Below, piece by piece: positions 23,666-32,748 of a stretch of 60,271 bases of DNA (the stretch's first letter is position 1; each line of letters starts with the position of its first letter). Under the pieces are notes generated by a model, which had not been told where the DNA came from, made no database searches, and was given only the letters and a program-made list of their open reading frames with translations. The DNA is from a virus. The stretch is taken from positions 1 through 60,271 of IMG/VR virus record IMGVR_UViG_3300044825_000512; one strand, written 5' to 3'. The translations under genes and the position numbers were made by a program.

Positions 23666-24096
23666 AAAAAGACTTGAGAATGTTAGGCGAACTCCGCAAG
23701 GGTCCACTAGCAGGTATGGACGAAGATGAATTCAAGATGATTGAAGCAGATGTCCGCAAGTTTGGTTTCAAGGGTTTGAGCGGTTACGCAAAGTCGATGG
23801 TTCAAGAGGCTATGCGCCGTTTGGGTAATACAATCAACAAAGCAGTAGAACAAAAATTAGAAGATTTCAATAAGACAATTTCTGTCGGCGATAAAGTTTC
23901 TTGGAGCGCATCAGGCGGTAAGGCTGAAGGTAAAGTTCTTCGCATCGAGCGCTCAGGTCGAATCAATGTTCCTGATTCATCATTCAACATTCAAGGTACC
24001 GAGGATGACCCTGCGGTGCTAATCGCTTTGTATCGTGACGGTAAGCCAACCGATACAAAGGTTGGACACAAGATGTCCACACTAAAAAAAAAGTAG
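23662..24096 (+). CDS. DUF2945/Tudor-like domain protein (zero-frame product)
   Basis: 144 aa. GDKVSWSASGGKAEGKVLRIE...EDDPAVLIALYRDGKPTDTKVGHKMSTL resembles the hypervirulence-associated Tudor domain. Confidence 0.75.
   Translation: MKKDLRMLGELRKGPLAGMDEDEFKMIEADVRKFGFKGLSGYAKSMVQEAMRRLGNTINKAVEQKLEDFNKTISVGDKVSWSASGGKAEGKVLRIERSGRINVPDSSFNIQGTEDDPAVLIALYRDGKPTDTKVGHKMSTLKKK
24087..24093 (+). promoter_or_regulatory. Candidate -1 programmed ribosomal frameshift heptamer A_AAA_AAG
   Basis: In-frame X_XXY_YYZ slippery site within a 9-A run, one codon before the TAG. The -1 frame is open for 72 more codons and has no start codon of its own. Confidence 0.55.
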
Positions 24097-24311
24097 TTCT
24101 TGAGAAGCACGGTGACCACGACCAATCTAGTCACGGTCACGGCAACGGTGGAGATGATTCTGAAGGTGAAGATTCATCAGAGCCAAAAAATCTAAAACCA
24201 AAGTTTGTACCTTACGATGATGACTCCGAAGGTGAGTTTGAAGATTTAGATTACGATGACCCTAAGTACATGGACACCATGGACTACGCTAGACCCAAGA
24301 AAAAGGGGTAA
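24093..24311 (+). CDS. -1 frame extension of 23662..24096 carrying the fourth KHGDHDQSSHG motif
   Basis: Reads VVLEKHGDHDQSSHGHGNGGDDSEGEDSSEPKNLKPKFVPYDDDSEGEFEDLDYDDPKYMDTMDYARPKKKG. There is no ATG/GTG/TTG in frame between the upstream stop (24042) and 24093. Confidence 0.55.
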   Translation, partial: VVLEKHGDHDQSSHGHGNGGDDSEGEDSSEPKNLKPKFVPYDDDSEGEFEDLDYDDPKYMDTMDYARPKKKG

Positions 24312-24313
24312 AG

Positions 24314-24580
24314 ATGTCAAGCATTATTGATGACACAATCGCAATACTCTCATCAATGAATCTTGTCGCCAAGAAAGTCTCAACCCCGCCTGGGTATGCT
24401 GGACTTCAAGTTGATTTACCTCATGATGCCCAAGCCTTTTTTATTTGGACAAAAATCGACAAAGATGATTTCCACTTTAGAATGGCTCGTTTTTGGGAGA
24501 ACGAAAACCCCTTCTCAATGTGGGTTTCTCCTAATCTAATTGAAGCCCTAGCCAAGACTCGAGTTTTGACCAATCAGTAA
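24314..24580 (+). CDS. Hypothetical protein
   Basis: 88-aa ORF with AAGGGG before the ATG. Confidence 0.65.
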   Translation: MSSIIDDTIAILSSMNLVAKKVSTPPGYAGLQVDLPHDAQAFFIWTKIDKDDFHFRMARFWENENPFSMWVSPNLIEALAKTRVLTNQ

Positions 24581-24686
24581 AAAGGGTGGAAATTACACTT
24601 ATGGTATTCTTCATCTGTCAAGACCCGAGGTTAGTTTTATTAGCCGTATGCTAAAAAGACTGCCTCTAGTTTGTTAGGAGCAACCT

Positions 24687-25490
24687 TTGGCAAAGCCTCG
24701 CACTCGTAAAATGGTGAATCTTTCCATCGAGGAAACAAGTGGCGTAGACCATCCCGCTCATTTACATGAAGGCTGGCTTGTAATGAAGTCAGCATCCGAA
24801 TCTGAAGTTCAGAGGGTTCTCGACAAATCGCTCACCGAGGAGGACTCCAACATGGAGGAAACAACTACCACGGCACCTGAAGAGCAGGTTGAAAAAACCG
24901 TTGAGGAAGAACTTGCGGCGGCTCAAGCCCGTATCGCAGAACTCGAAGCCAAACTCGCCGAAAAGGAAGAAAAGCCTAAATTGGAAGTTGAAATGGCGAT
25001 GGGTCAAGACTCAATGGAACCAAAGAAAGAAGAAGAGGACTACATGAAGTCCGCTCCTGCTCCAGTTGTCAAAATGATTGAGGACTTGCGTAAGCAAGCA
25101 GAGTCAGCAACCGCTGAACTTCGTAAAGAACGCGAAGCCCGTGCTGACGCACAAGCAGTTGAAAAAGCAAAGGGTTGGGCTAACCTCAATCTCAATGCTG
25201 AATTAGTAGGACCAGCGCTTCGTCGCTTGTCAGAAACAGATTCAGACTTAGCAAAGAGTGTTGAAGAAATTCTTTCTTCAGTCAATGCTCAGGCTGAATC
25301 AGCATCTATTTTTGCGGAAATCGGCAAGTCCGCGGACATCAATAAAGGAAATGCTTACGAGCGTATGACCTCGATGGCAAAGTCCGCTGTTGATGAGGGT
25401 GTAGCAAAGTCATTCGCGCAAGCAATGGCTGATATTGCTACAAAGAACCCTGACCTTTACAGCCAATACCTATCCGAGAAAGGTGCCTAA
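24687..25490 (+). CDS. Capsid scaffolding protein
   Basis: TTG start after AGGAG. Acidic coiled-coil (AAAQARIAELEAKLAEKEEK). N-terminal ETSGVDHPAH motif. It sits between the protease and the capsid genes. Confidence 0.75.
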   Translation: MAKPRTRKMVNLSIEETSGVDHPAHLHEGWLVMKSASESEVQRVLDKSLTEEDSNMEETTTTAPEEQVEKTVEEELAAAQARIAELEAKLAEKEEKPKLEVEMAMGQDSMEPKKEEEDYMKSAPAPVVKMIEDLRKQAESATAELRKEREARADAQAVEKAKGWANLNLNAELVGPALRRLSETDSDLAKSVEEILSSVNAQAESASIFAEIGKSADINKGNAYERMTSMAKSAVDEGVAKSFAQAMADIATKNPDLYSQYLSEKGA

Positions 25491-25493
25491 AAC

Positions 25494-25889
25494 ATGGCAT
25501 ACGAAATCTCTAATTACTCGGTAAAGGTCACCCTCGTCGCAGGTGCCGACCTTTCCAGTAAGCAGTACACATTCGTCAAGTTGGATTCATCAGGTCAAGC
25601 AGTCGCCGCGGCGGCCGCAACCGATATTCCAATCGGCGTACTACAAAATGCTCCAACATCAGGACAGGAAGCAGAAGTTCTTGTCGTTGGCGGAACAAAG
25701 ATTGTCGCTGGTGCGGCAATCGGCGAAGGCGCACTTGTTGGTACATCTTCAGCAGGTAAGGCAGTTGCTTTAGTTGCTGGTACAGATACCACAAAGTATG
25801 TTGTTGGAACTCTTCTGACCGAATCTGCGGCAGATGGAAACATCGTCACAGCCGTAATCAACTGCGCTAATCCAGGCAGAGCGGCATAA
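25494..25889 (+). CDS. Head decoration / capsid cement protein (DUF2190-like)
   Basis: 131 aa, Gly/Ala/Val-rich beta protein (IGVLQNAPTSGQEAEVLVVGGTKIVAG...). It is immediately upstream of the major capsid gene. Confidence 0.7.
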   Translation: MAYEISNYSVKVTLVAGADLSSKQYTFVKLDSSGQAVAAAAATDIPIGVLQNAPTSGQEAEVLVVGGTKIVAGAAIGEGALVGTSSAGKAVALVAGTDTTKYVVGTLLTESAADGNIVTAVINCANPGRAA

Positions 25890-25904
25890 GGGGGAAAATA
25901 AAAA

Positions 25905-26882
25905 ATGCCACAGCCAAATATCAATTCCGTCCATGTGGACGCAATCCTTACAAATATCTCGGTTGCTTACTTACAGAACCAAGATAACTTTATCGCTGAC
26001 AAGGTATTCCCAGTAATTCCTGTCGATAAGAAGAGCGATAAATACTTCACTTACACCAAGAACGATTGGTTCCGCGATGAGGCTCAACGCCGTGCGCCTG
26101 GAACTGAATCTGCTGGTGGAGGTTACAATCTTTCAACTGGAACTTACTCAGCAGATGTTTGGGCGTTCCATAAAGATGTAGATGACCAAACAGTTGCTAA
26201 CGCAGACGCTCCTCTAAATCCTCTTCGTGAGGCAACAGAGTTCGTTACTCGCCGTTTGCTTCTTCGCCGTGAACTTCAATGGGTCTCAGACTTCTTTGGA
26301 ACTGGCGTATGGGCTGACGATGTAACTGGCGTTGCTGGCGCACCATCTTCAGGTGAGACAAAGCAATGGTCTGATTACACTTCATCTGACCCAATCTCAG
26401 ACATTGAGAATGGTAAGGCTGAAATCTTGTCTAACACAGGAATGGAAGCGAACACTTTGGTTCTTGGATACGATGTATTCAAGTCACTAAAGAATCACCC
26501 TGACCTTGTAGACCGCATCAAGTACACATCTTCACAGACAATCACAACCGATATGTTGGCGGCTATGTTCGACATTCCTCGCGTTATGGTTGCTAAGGCA
26601 GTCAAGGCTACAAACAACGAAGGCGCTACCGAAGCATACGGTTTCGCTCACGGCAAGAAGGCTCTTCTTTGCCATGTTGCTCCTCAGCCTGGGCTACTAA
26701 CCCCTTCCGCTGGATACACATTCGCATGGACTGGCGTATCAGGCGGACTCGGCGCAACAATCGGAACTTCACAGTTCCGTATGGAATCCATCAAGTCAGA
26801 CCGTGTTGAAGCAGAAATGGCTTTCGATAACAAAGTCATCTCTTCTGACCTCGGCTACTTTTGGAACACAATCGTCGCTTAG
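25905..26882 (+). CDS. Major capsid protein
   Basis: 325 aa. Position after scaffold and decoration genes, N-terminus ...LTNISVAYLQNQDNFIADKVFPVIPV typical of the E-like capsid family, and a strong terminator downstream. Confidence 0.85.
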   Translation: MPQPNINSVHVDAILTNISVAYLQNQDNFIADKVFPVIPVDKKSDKYFTYTKNDWFRDEAQRRAPGTESAGGGYNLSTGTYSADVWAFHKDVDDQTVANADAPLNPLREATEFVTRRLLLRRELQWVSDFFGTGVWADDVTGVAGAPSSGETKQWSDYTSSDPISDIENGKAEILSNTGMEANTLVLGYDVFKSLKNHPDLVDRIKYTSSQTITTDMLAAMFDIPRVMVAKAVKATNNEGATEAYGFAHGKKALLCHVAPQPGLLTPSAGYTFAWTGVSGGLGATIGTSQFRMESIKSDRVEAEMAFDNKVISSDLGYFWNTIVA

Positions 26883-26895
26883 TTCAAACAAAGAA

Positions 26896-26936
26896 GGGGG
26901 TGAGACTTTTGAAGGTCTCACTCCCTTCCTTTATTT
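26896..26936 (+). terminator. Rho-independent terminator after the capsid gene
   Basis: 11-bp stem gggggtgagac/gtctcactccc (one G-U pair), 8-nt loop, then ttcctttattt. Confidence 0.8.
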
Positions 26937-26947
26937 AGGAGAAATCA

Positions 26948-27292
26948 ATGGCATTAGTAAACAGACTTTCCAAGGGCGAAGTAGCAGTCGGAGCATTACA
27001 GGTTGGCGACAACGATATGGTTTACGGTATCGAATTCGGAACTGTATCTATCGACCCTGCTAACCTCAACGCAACAACCCGTGGTGCTACAACTTTCACA
27101 CTAACTGGTGCGGCAACAACCGACATCATCATTGTGAACCCACCATCGGATTTGAACGATGATTTGATTTTCTGTGGAGCGGCTGTAACAGCGGCGGATA
27201 CAGTAACAATCTATCTTTACAATCCAACCGCAGGGGCAATCAACCAAGCGGCGGCAACATTCTCATATTGCTGGATTGACACAACTGAGTAA
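26948..27292 (+). CDS. Hypothetical structural protein
   Basis: 114-aa beta-rich ORF with a GGAG SD. Confidence 0.7.
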   Translation: MALVNRLSKGEVAVGALQVGDNDMVYGIEFGTVSIDPANLNATTRGATTFTLTGAATTDIIIVNPPSDLNDDLIFCGAAVTAADTVTIYLYNPTAGAINQAAATFSYCWIDTTE

Positions 27293-27293
27293 T

Positions 27294-27506
27294 ATGAAAG
27301 CACAAATTCTAAAATCAATGATTGTTGATGGTCGCAAACTTGTGGCTGGAGACATCGTAGAGGTCAAGGGTTGGCGCCACGCTAAGTCGTTGGCTAACAA
27401 CCGCTACATCAAATTGATTGAAGATGATGCTCCAAAAGCAGTAGAAGAAGTAGCCGAAGAACCAAAACCAAAGGCTACAAAGAAAGTAAAAAAAGACGCT
27501 GAATAG
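27294..27506 (+). CDS. Hypothetical protein with Lys/Glu-rich tail
   Basis: ATG at 27294, 1 nt after the previous TAA. 70 aa. Confidence 0.6.
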   Translation: MKAQILKSMIVDGRKLVAGDIVEVKGWRHAKSLANNRYIKLIEDDAPKAVEEVAEEPKPKATKKVKKDAE

Positions 27507-27510
27507 TGCG

Positions 27511-27548
27511 AAGGGCGATTCGGTAAAATGAGTCGCCCTTTCTTTCTT
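27511..27548 (+). terminator. Rho-independent terminator
   Basis: Stem aagggcga/tcgccctt with a 14-nt loop, followed by tctttctt. Confidence 0.7.
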
Positions 27549-27558
27549 AGGAGTTTAT

Positions 27559-27831
27559 ATGGCTGTATCACACCAAAGAGTTTCAGTAGGAACCACCGCT
27601 ACTAAACTTACTTCCGATTATGATGGCAAAGACGGTCAGACCATCAATGTCCAAAACCCTTCAGGTGGCGCAGATGTTTACCTTGGTGGAGAAGGCGTAA
27701 CCACAACAAGTTATGGCTATCTACTCAAGGCGGATACAAGTTTTTCCATTGAACTACAAGATGATGAAAAACTTTATGGAGTCGTTGCTTCAAGCACACA
27801 AACTGTAAATATCATTCGTCAAGGTACTTGA
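27559..27831 (+). CDS. Hypothetical structural protein
   Basis: 90-aa ORF with an AGGAG SD. Confidence 0.7.
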   Translation: MAVSHQRVSVGTTATKLTSDYDGKDGQTINVQNPSGGADVYLGGEGVTTTSYGYLLKADTSFSIELQDDEKLYGVVASSTQTVNIIRQGT

Positions 27832-27834
27832 TAA

Positions 27835-28380
27835 ATGGCTTTACCAGCATCGCTTTCGACCTGTACCGTTGTTGGAACTTATGTTGATTTGATTGGTAAT
27901 CCAGTTCGAGGTTCAATCAACTTTACCCCTCAGACAATCCTCAAAGAGACAACAGCGAATGTAATTATTATCCCAGTTGTAATTCAAAAAACTTTTGATG
28001 CGACTGGCTCATTCTCTGTTGTTTTGCCTGTCACAAGCGATACTGATGTAACACCTCAACCTTTTATTTATACAATCGAAGAAAACTTTACGGGTGGCAG
28101 AACAATCGAAATTGCTTTGCCTCTATCAGTCGCAGGAACCACTCAAAACCTCGCAGACTTGCTTCCAGCGCTTTCTTCAGTAGATGCCCAGTCTTACATA
28201 TCGGTAGACGCTTATCAGGCTCTACTAGCCCGATATAACGACGCTGAGAATATCCGTGTCCTCGTAGTCGATGCGGATGAATATGCCGATGATGCTCAAA
28301 CTTATGCGACAGACGCCTCTAAAGCGGCGGGCGCTCTAAGCAACTATAATTCAAATCAATTTATGTTGATGGGGGTCTAA
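27835..28380 (+). CDS. Fibre/minor tail-like protein (paralog of 28580..29257)
   Basis: The N-terminal 110 aa align with 28580..29257 (MALP-SL-T--V-G-YVD--GN---G---FT...TYT-EE-F-GGRT). C-terminal tail FMLMGV. Confidence 0.7.
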   Translation: MALPASLSTCTVVGTYVDLIGNPVRGSINFTPQTILKETTANVIIIPVVIQKTFDATGSFSVVLPVTSDTDVTPQPFIYTIEENFTGGRTIEIALPLSVAGTTQNLADLLPALSSVDAQSYISVDAYQALLARYNDAENIRVLVVDADEYADDAQTYATDASKAAGALSNYNSNQFMLMGV

Positions 28381-28381
28381 C

Positions 28382-28579
28382 ATGGCAGAACCGTATGTAC
28401 CCATAGCCAGTTACAACACTTACAATTCCTTATTGACTGAACTTGAGGTCACCACAGATTATGCGGAAACAAACGCAGATGATTTAGATACGGCAGTTAC
28501 AAATACGCTTACACATAAACAAACAGCAGAAAACGCTGTGGCTTCAAAGTTTGATTTATTTTTTTTGGTGGGGTGCTAA
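28382..28579 (+). CDS. Small fibre-associated protein
   Basis: 65 aa. The C-terminal tail FFLVGC matches the tails of neighbouring fibre proteins. Confidence 0.6.
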   Translation: MAEPYVPIASYNTYNSLLTELEVTTDYAETNADDLDTAVTNTLTHKQTAENAVASKFDLFFLVGC

Positions 28580-29257
28580 ATGGCGCTCGCACCTAGCCTA
28601 ACCACGGTTCAAATTACTGGTAATTATGTAGATTTTGAAGGCAATGCTATTCAAGGTCAGGTGCGATTTACTCTTGGCGATGTTCTTCGTAACGGTACAG
28701 ATGACCAAATGGTTGCTCCCTCTAGCGTGGTCGTAGCGCTATCGGCAGGTGCTTTCAGCGTGACCTTACCTGCCACAAACGACCCTGATGTTGTCCCTGT
28801 AAATTTCACCTACACGGTTGAGGAATCATTTCCTGGGGGTAGAACTTACACAATATCGGTGCCGTATGACACCGTTGGTTCATTGGATTTGGCTGACCTT
28901 AGCCCTACTCCAACCCTTAGCGATACATTCACTCAGGCTATTGACCAAACAAGTTGGTCTGCGCTTGAAGATGATATTGATGCTCTCGATGTCGAAATCA
29001 ATCAGACAACAGACAAAATTCTTGCTTCAGGAAAGTATTGGTACATAGGTTCTTCATACGCTACCTACACAGCGCTTGATACAGCCTTTGCTACCTATAC
29101 CGCTTTGACCGCTGGAACTTATAGTTTGGATGGCGATGACATTTCTGCTTTTGTAACTTCAGCAGAGGCTTATGAAGCGTCAGCCCAAGCAAGCGCCACA
29201 ACAGCCACAAATACCGCGACTGGTACAATCAGTCCATTACTTCTAATCGGAGGATAA
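28580..29257 (+). CDS. Fibre/minor tail-like protein (paralog of 27835..28380)
   Basis: 225 aa with the shared N-terminal domain. C-terminal tail LLLIGG. Confidence 0.7.
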   Translation: MALAPSLTTVQITGNYVDFEGNAIQGQVRFTLGDVLRNGTDDQMVAPSSVVVALSAGAFSVTLPATNDPDVVPVNFTYTVEESFPGGRTYTISVPYDTVGSLDLADLSPTPTLSDTFTQAIDQTSWSALEDDIDALDVEINQTTDKILASGKYWYIGSSYATYTALDTAFATYTALTAGTYSLDGDDISAFVTSAEAYEASAQASATTATNTATGTISPLLLIGG

Positions 29258-29261
29258 CCGT

Positions 29262-29591
29262 ATGGCAACTACTTACAAGGTATTGGGGCAATCCAATCCT
29301 TCAGCCACGACGCTCACAACTCTGTATACCTGCCCTGCTTCGACACAAACGGTTATCTCAACCATCACAATCTGTAATCAAGCAGGAACTTCAGGAACAT
29401 ACAGAATCGCTGTGCGTCCAAACGGAGCCACAGTTGCTCCTGAACACTATCTAGTTTATGACGCTACGATTCAAGCCAATACCACCACGGCTTATACATT
29501 AGGTATCACTATCGATGCGTCCGATGTAGTTTCTGTCTACGCATCATCTACTTCAATTTCGTTCAACGCGTTCGGAAGCGAGATAGCATAA
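29262..29591 (+). CDS. Small beta-rich structural protein
   Basis: 109 aa. LTTLYTCPASTQTVISTITICNQ...VSVYASSTSISFNAFGSEI. Confidence 0.65.
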   Translation: MATTYKVLGQSNPSATTLTTLYTCPASTQTVISTITICNQAGTSGTYRIAVRPNGATVAPEHYLVYDATIQANTTTAYTLGITIDASDVVSVYASSTSISFNAFGSEIA

Positions 29592-29592
29592 T

Positions 29593-30741
29593 ATGGCAAT
29601 CACCATCAACGGAGGTGCTGGAGTAACCGCTGATGCGGTAGCCACCCTTAGCAACAAAACACTCGAAGCACCAGTAATCAACAATGCTACTTTTACGGGA
29701 CAGCAATCAGGATTACAGGTTGCTTTTAATGACGCTATTGTTTTTGAAGGAACGACTGCCGACGCTAATGAACTTACTCTTAGCGCAGGAGAGCCTACTG
29801 CTGACAGAACTGTAACTCTGCCTAACGCAACCACCACCCTTGTTGGTCGTGATACAACAGATACGCTAACAAATAAAACTTTGACTTCGCCAGTTATCTC
29901 AACGATTGTCAATACTGGAACCTTGACACTCCCAACGACAACTGGAACTGTTGCTCTAACTTCCGATATTACGGTCACAGCATCTTCGACAAATACATTT
30001 ACAAATAAGTCAATCAGTCTCACGACAAATACTGTTAGCGGAACAATCGCTGAGTTCAATACAGCGGTAAGTGATGCTGATTTTGCTACTTTGGCTGGAA
30101 GTGAAACTCTTACTAACAAAACTCTAACAAGTCCAACAGTAACAGGGCTGACCCTAAATGACGCAAGTATAGTTTTTGAGGGTGCCACGGCTGATGCTTT
30201 TGAAACAACTTTAACGGTAACAGACCCAACGGCTGACAGAACTATTACATTTCCTGATGCTACAACAACAGTAGTAGGAACAGATACAACTCAGACATTA
30301 ACTAATAAAACATTGACCTCACCGACAGTTTCAGGTGGAACTTTAGCCGAAAGTATTATTAGGTCTCTTGAAGAAGATGTTAATGTTGTTGCTTCTGCCG
30401 CAACTGGAACTATCAACTTTGATATTTCTACTGCGTCTGTTTGGTATTACACATCAAATGCCACAGCAAACCATACTTTGAACTTTAGATGGTCAAGCGG
30501 GACATCACTCAATAGCGCATTAGCAACAGGAGATGCCATTACAGTTGTATGGTTGAACACCAATGGCTCAACCGCTTACTACCCTAACACCATTCAAATC
30601 GATGGAAATGCTGTGACGCCGAAAGTGCCATCTGCTATTTCATCAGGAAATGCTTCTGCTATTGATGCGTATTCATTTACCATCATTAAAACAGCATCGG
30701 CAACTTTTACGGTATTAGAAACACAAACTAAGTTCGCCTAA
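29593..30741 (+). CDS. Tail fibre protein with TLTNKTLTSP-type repeats
   Basis: 382 aa. At least five (T/S)L(T/S)NKTL(T/E)(S/A)P repeats and duplicated IVFEG(T/A)TAD...TDPTADRT(I/V)T(L/F)P modules shared with 34776..35321. Confidence 0.8.
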   Translation: MAITINGGAGVTADAVATLSNKTLEAPVINNATFTGQQSGLQVAFNDAIVFEGTTADANELTLSAGEPTADRTVTLPNATTTLVGRDTTDTLTNKTLTSPVISTIVNTGTLTLPTTTGTVALTSDITVTASSTNTFTNKSISLTTNTVSGTIAEFNTAVSDADFATLAGSETLTNKTLTSPTVTGLTLNDASIVFEGATADAFETTLTVTDPTADRTITFPDATTTVVGTDTTQTLTNKTLTSPTVSGGTLAESIIRSLEEDVNVVASAATGTINFDISTASVWYYTSNATANHTLNFRWSSGTSLNSALATGDAITVVWLNTNGSTAYYPNTIQIDGNAVTPKVPSAISSGNASAIDAYSFTIIKTASATFTVLETQTKFA

Positions 30742-30751
30742 AGGGGAAACA

Positions 30752-31330
30752 ATGCCTATTCTTGGTTCGCTGGCGACTAGAGGTTTTGGTGTAGGAGTTG
30801 GCTCATCTGCCACTCCTTATCTTGGTCCTTATGGCGCTTTTGATGCTTTGGCTTCAACTACTGTTGGAGCAGGTGGTGTTTCTTATGTAGAGTTCTCGGG
30901 AATACCAACAGGCTACAAACATCTCCAACTAAGATGTACGATGGTTTGTTCTGCTGTCAATAATATGTATCTCCAAGTTGGAGTAAGTAGTATTGATGAA
31001 TCAGCCAATAATCATGGTTGGCATCAGTTGTATAGCGATTCTTCAAGCGTATTGGCTAATGGTGTTGGTTCAACCAACTTTGTTTATATTGGTTACAATA
31101 ACACCGCCACATACCCCAATGCTTCTATTGTAGACATTTATGATTATACTGACCCAAATAAATACACTACAATGAAAACATTGGCTGGTGGCGATTCAAA
31201 CGGTACTGGCTTTGTTCAGTTTTGGGGAGGACATTGGAAACAAAGTTTGCCCGTAAATGTTTTGAGAATTACCCCAGGCTCAGGTACATTTAGTCAGCAT
31301 GGCGTATTTTCGCTGTACGGAATACGATAG
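30752..31330 (+). CDS. Fibre-module protein (N-domain-only paralog of the two glycine-rich proteins)
   Basis: 192 aa ending FSLYGIR, homologous to the N-domains of 31339 and 32749. Confidence 0.7.
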   Translation: MPILGSLATRGFGVGVGSSATPYLGPYGAFDALASTTVGAGGVSYVEFSGIPTGYKHLQLRCTMVCSAVNNMYLQVGVSSIDESANNHGWHQLYSDSSSVLANGVGSTNFVYIGYNNTATYPNASIVDIYDYTDPNKYTTMKTLAGGDSNGTGFVQFWGGHWKQSLPVNVLRITPGSGTFSQHGVFSLYGIR

Positions 31331-31338
31331 GTAAATAA

Positions 31339-32736
31339 ATGCCACAAAATACTTATGTAGCCTTAGACCAAGTGACTTTAGAAAGCAATGGCGGTCCTGT
31401 CACTTTTAGTAACATTCCACAAACATATACAGATTTGCGTATTGTGATAAGTGGCGGTTTTACAAACTCAGGTTATTTAATCGGATTCCGAGTTGGAAAT
31501 GGCTCAGTAGATACCTCAAGCAACTACTCGTATGTAACTGGTCGAGGTCCTACTACATCTGCGATGCGAAAAAATAATATGACTTTTGGTGGTTTATTGA
31601 GTCAAGGTTCAAATACACTCAATAATGTTGTCATTGTTGATTTAATGAACTATTCAAGCACTTCTACTAATAAAACTTGGCTTTCACGATATGGCAGTTC
31701 CAGTATTCACGCAGAAATGGTAAATGGTCTTTGGCGTAGTAACAGCGCAATCAACATTATTTCTATTGCTGAATGTGGAGATGGTGGTAGCGGTACTTTT
31801 AACACAGGAAATCTTCTTGCTGGTTCGACTTTCACTTTGTATGGAATCAAGGCTTGGGTTTCAGAAGGCACAACAAAGGCAACAGGTGGCTATGTGTATG
31901 AAGATTCAACACATTATTATCATGCTTTTTTATCTTCAGGAACCTTTACTCCATTACAGTCTTTGACAGCAGATATTCTTGTCGTTGCTGGTGGCGGTGG
32001 TGGTGGTTACTTCCATGGTGGCGGTGGAGCGGGCGGTCTTTTGGCATTTTCATCACAGTCTCTTAGCGCTACAAACTACACTTGTACGGTTGGTAGCGGT
32101 GGTGCTGGTGATATAAATACAGTAGGCGCCGCAAGTGATGGAAGTTCTTCGCAGTTTGGCGCTTTGACTGCCACGGTTGGTGGTGGTGGTGGTGGTTCTT
32201 TTGCCAATGATGGAAATAACGATGGTCGCGCTGGCGGTTCAGGCGGTGGCGGTGGTGGTGCTGATGACGGTGGCGCTATTGGTACAGGCGGTGCTAATAC
32301 ATCAGGTCAAGGTTTTGCTGGTGGAAATGGTACAAAGCGAAGTACATATCATGCTGGCGGTGGCGGTGGTGGCGCTGGTGGTGCTGGACAAACCTCTCCT
32401 GATGCTGATACTCCAGGAAACGGTGGTATAGGAGCAACATCTTCATTTATTCAAGCAATCGGAGTGGCTTGTAATCTCGGACAAAATGTTGGTGGCACAT
32501 ATTATTTTGCTGGCGGTGGTGGCGGTGGTGCTAATAGCGCTACAACACGCGGAGTTTTGAAAAACGGTGGCGCTGGTGGCGGTGGTGGTGGTGGTTATGG
32601 AACTACTAATACTAATGGCGAATCAGGTTTAGGAAATACTGGCGGTGGCGCTGGTGGAAACGCTAGGGATGATGGCAACACAACCCAAAAATCCCGTGGT
32701 GGTTCAGGAATCATCGTCATTCGGTATGCGAAGTAA
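31339..32736 (+). CDS. Glycine-rich minor tail/fibre protein
   Basis: 465 aa. N-domain ending FTLYGIK, then YYHAFLSSGTFTPL, then long GGGG(A/S)G tracts ending GGSGIIVIRYAK. Confidence 0.8.
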   Translation: MPQNTYVALDQVTLESNGGPVTFSNIPQTYTDLRIVISGGFTNSGYLIGFRVGNGSVDTSSNYSYVTGRGPTTSAMRKNNMTFGGLLSQGSNTLNNVVIVDLMNYSSTSTNKTWLSRYGSSSIHAEMVNGLWRSNSAINIISIAECGDGGSGTFNTGNLLAGSTFTLYGIKAWVSEGTTKATGGYVYEDSTHYYHAFLSSGTFTPLQSLTADILVVAGGGGGGYFHGGGGAGGLLAFSSQSLSATNYTCTVGSGGAGDINTVGAASDGSSSQFGALTATVGGGGGGSFANDGNNDGRAGGSGGGGGGADDGGAIGTGGANTSGQGFAGGNGTKRSTYHAGGGGGGAGGAGQTSPDADTPGNGGIGATSSFIQAIGVACNLGQNVGGTYYFAGGGGGGANSATTRGVLKNGGAGGGGGGGYGTTNTNGESGLGNTGGGAGGNARDDGNTTQKSRGGSGIIVIRYAK

Positions 32737-32748
32737 AGGAGATAAATA

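Noticed and set aside
29553-30188. 211-aa minus-strand ORF antisense to the tail fibre gene
   Set aside because: A Val/Ser/Thr-rich mirror image of the TLTNKTL repeat region. It is embedded in an otherwise uninterrupted plus-strand structural operon and has no SD.
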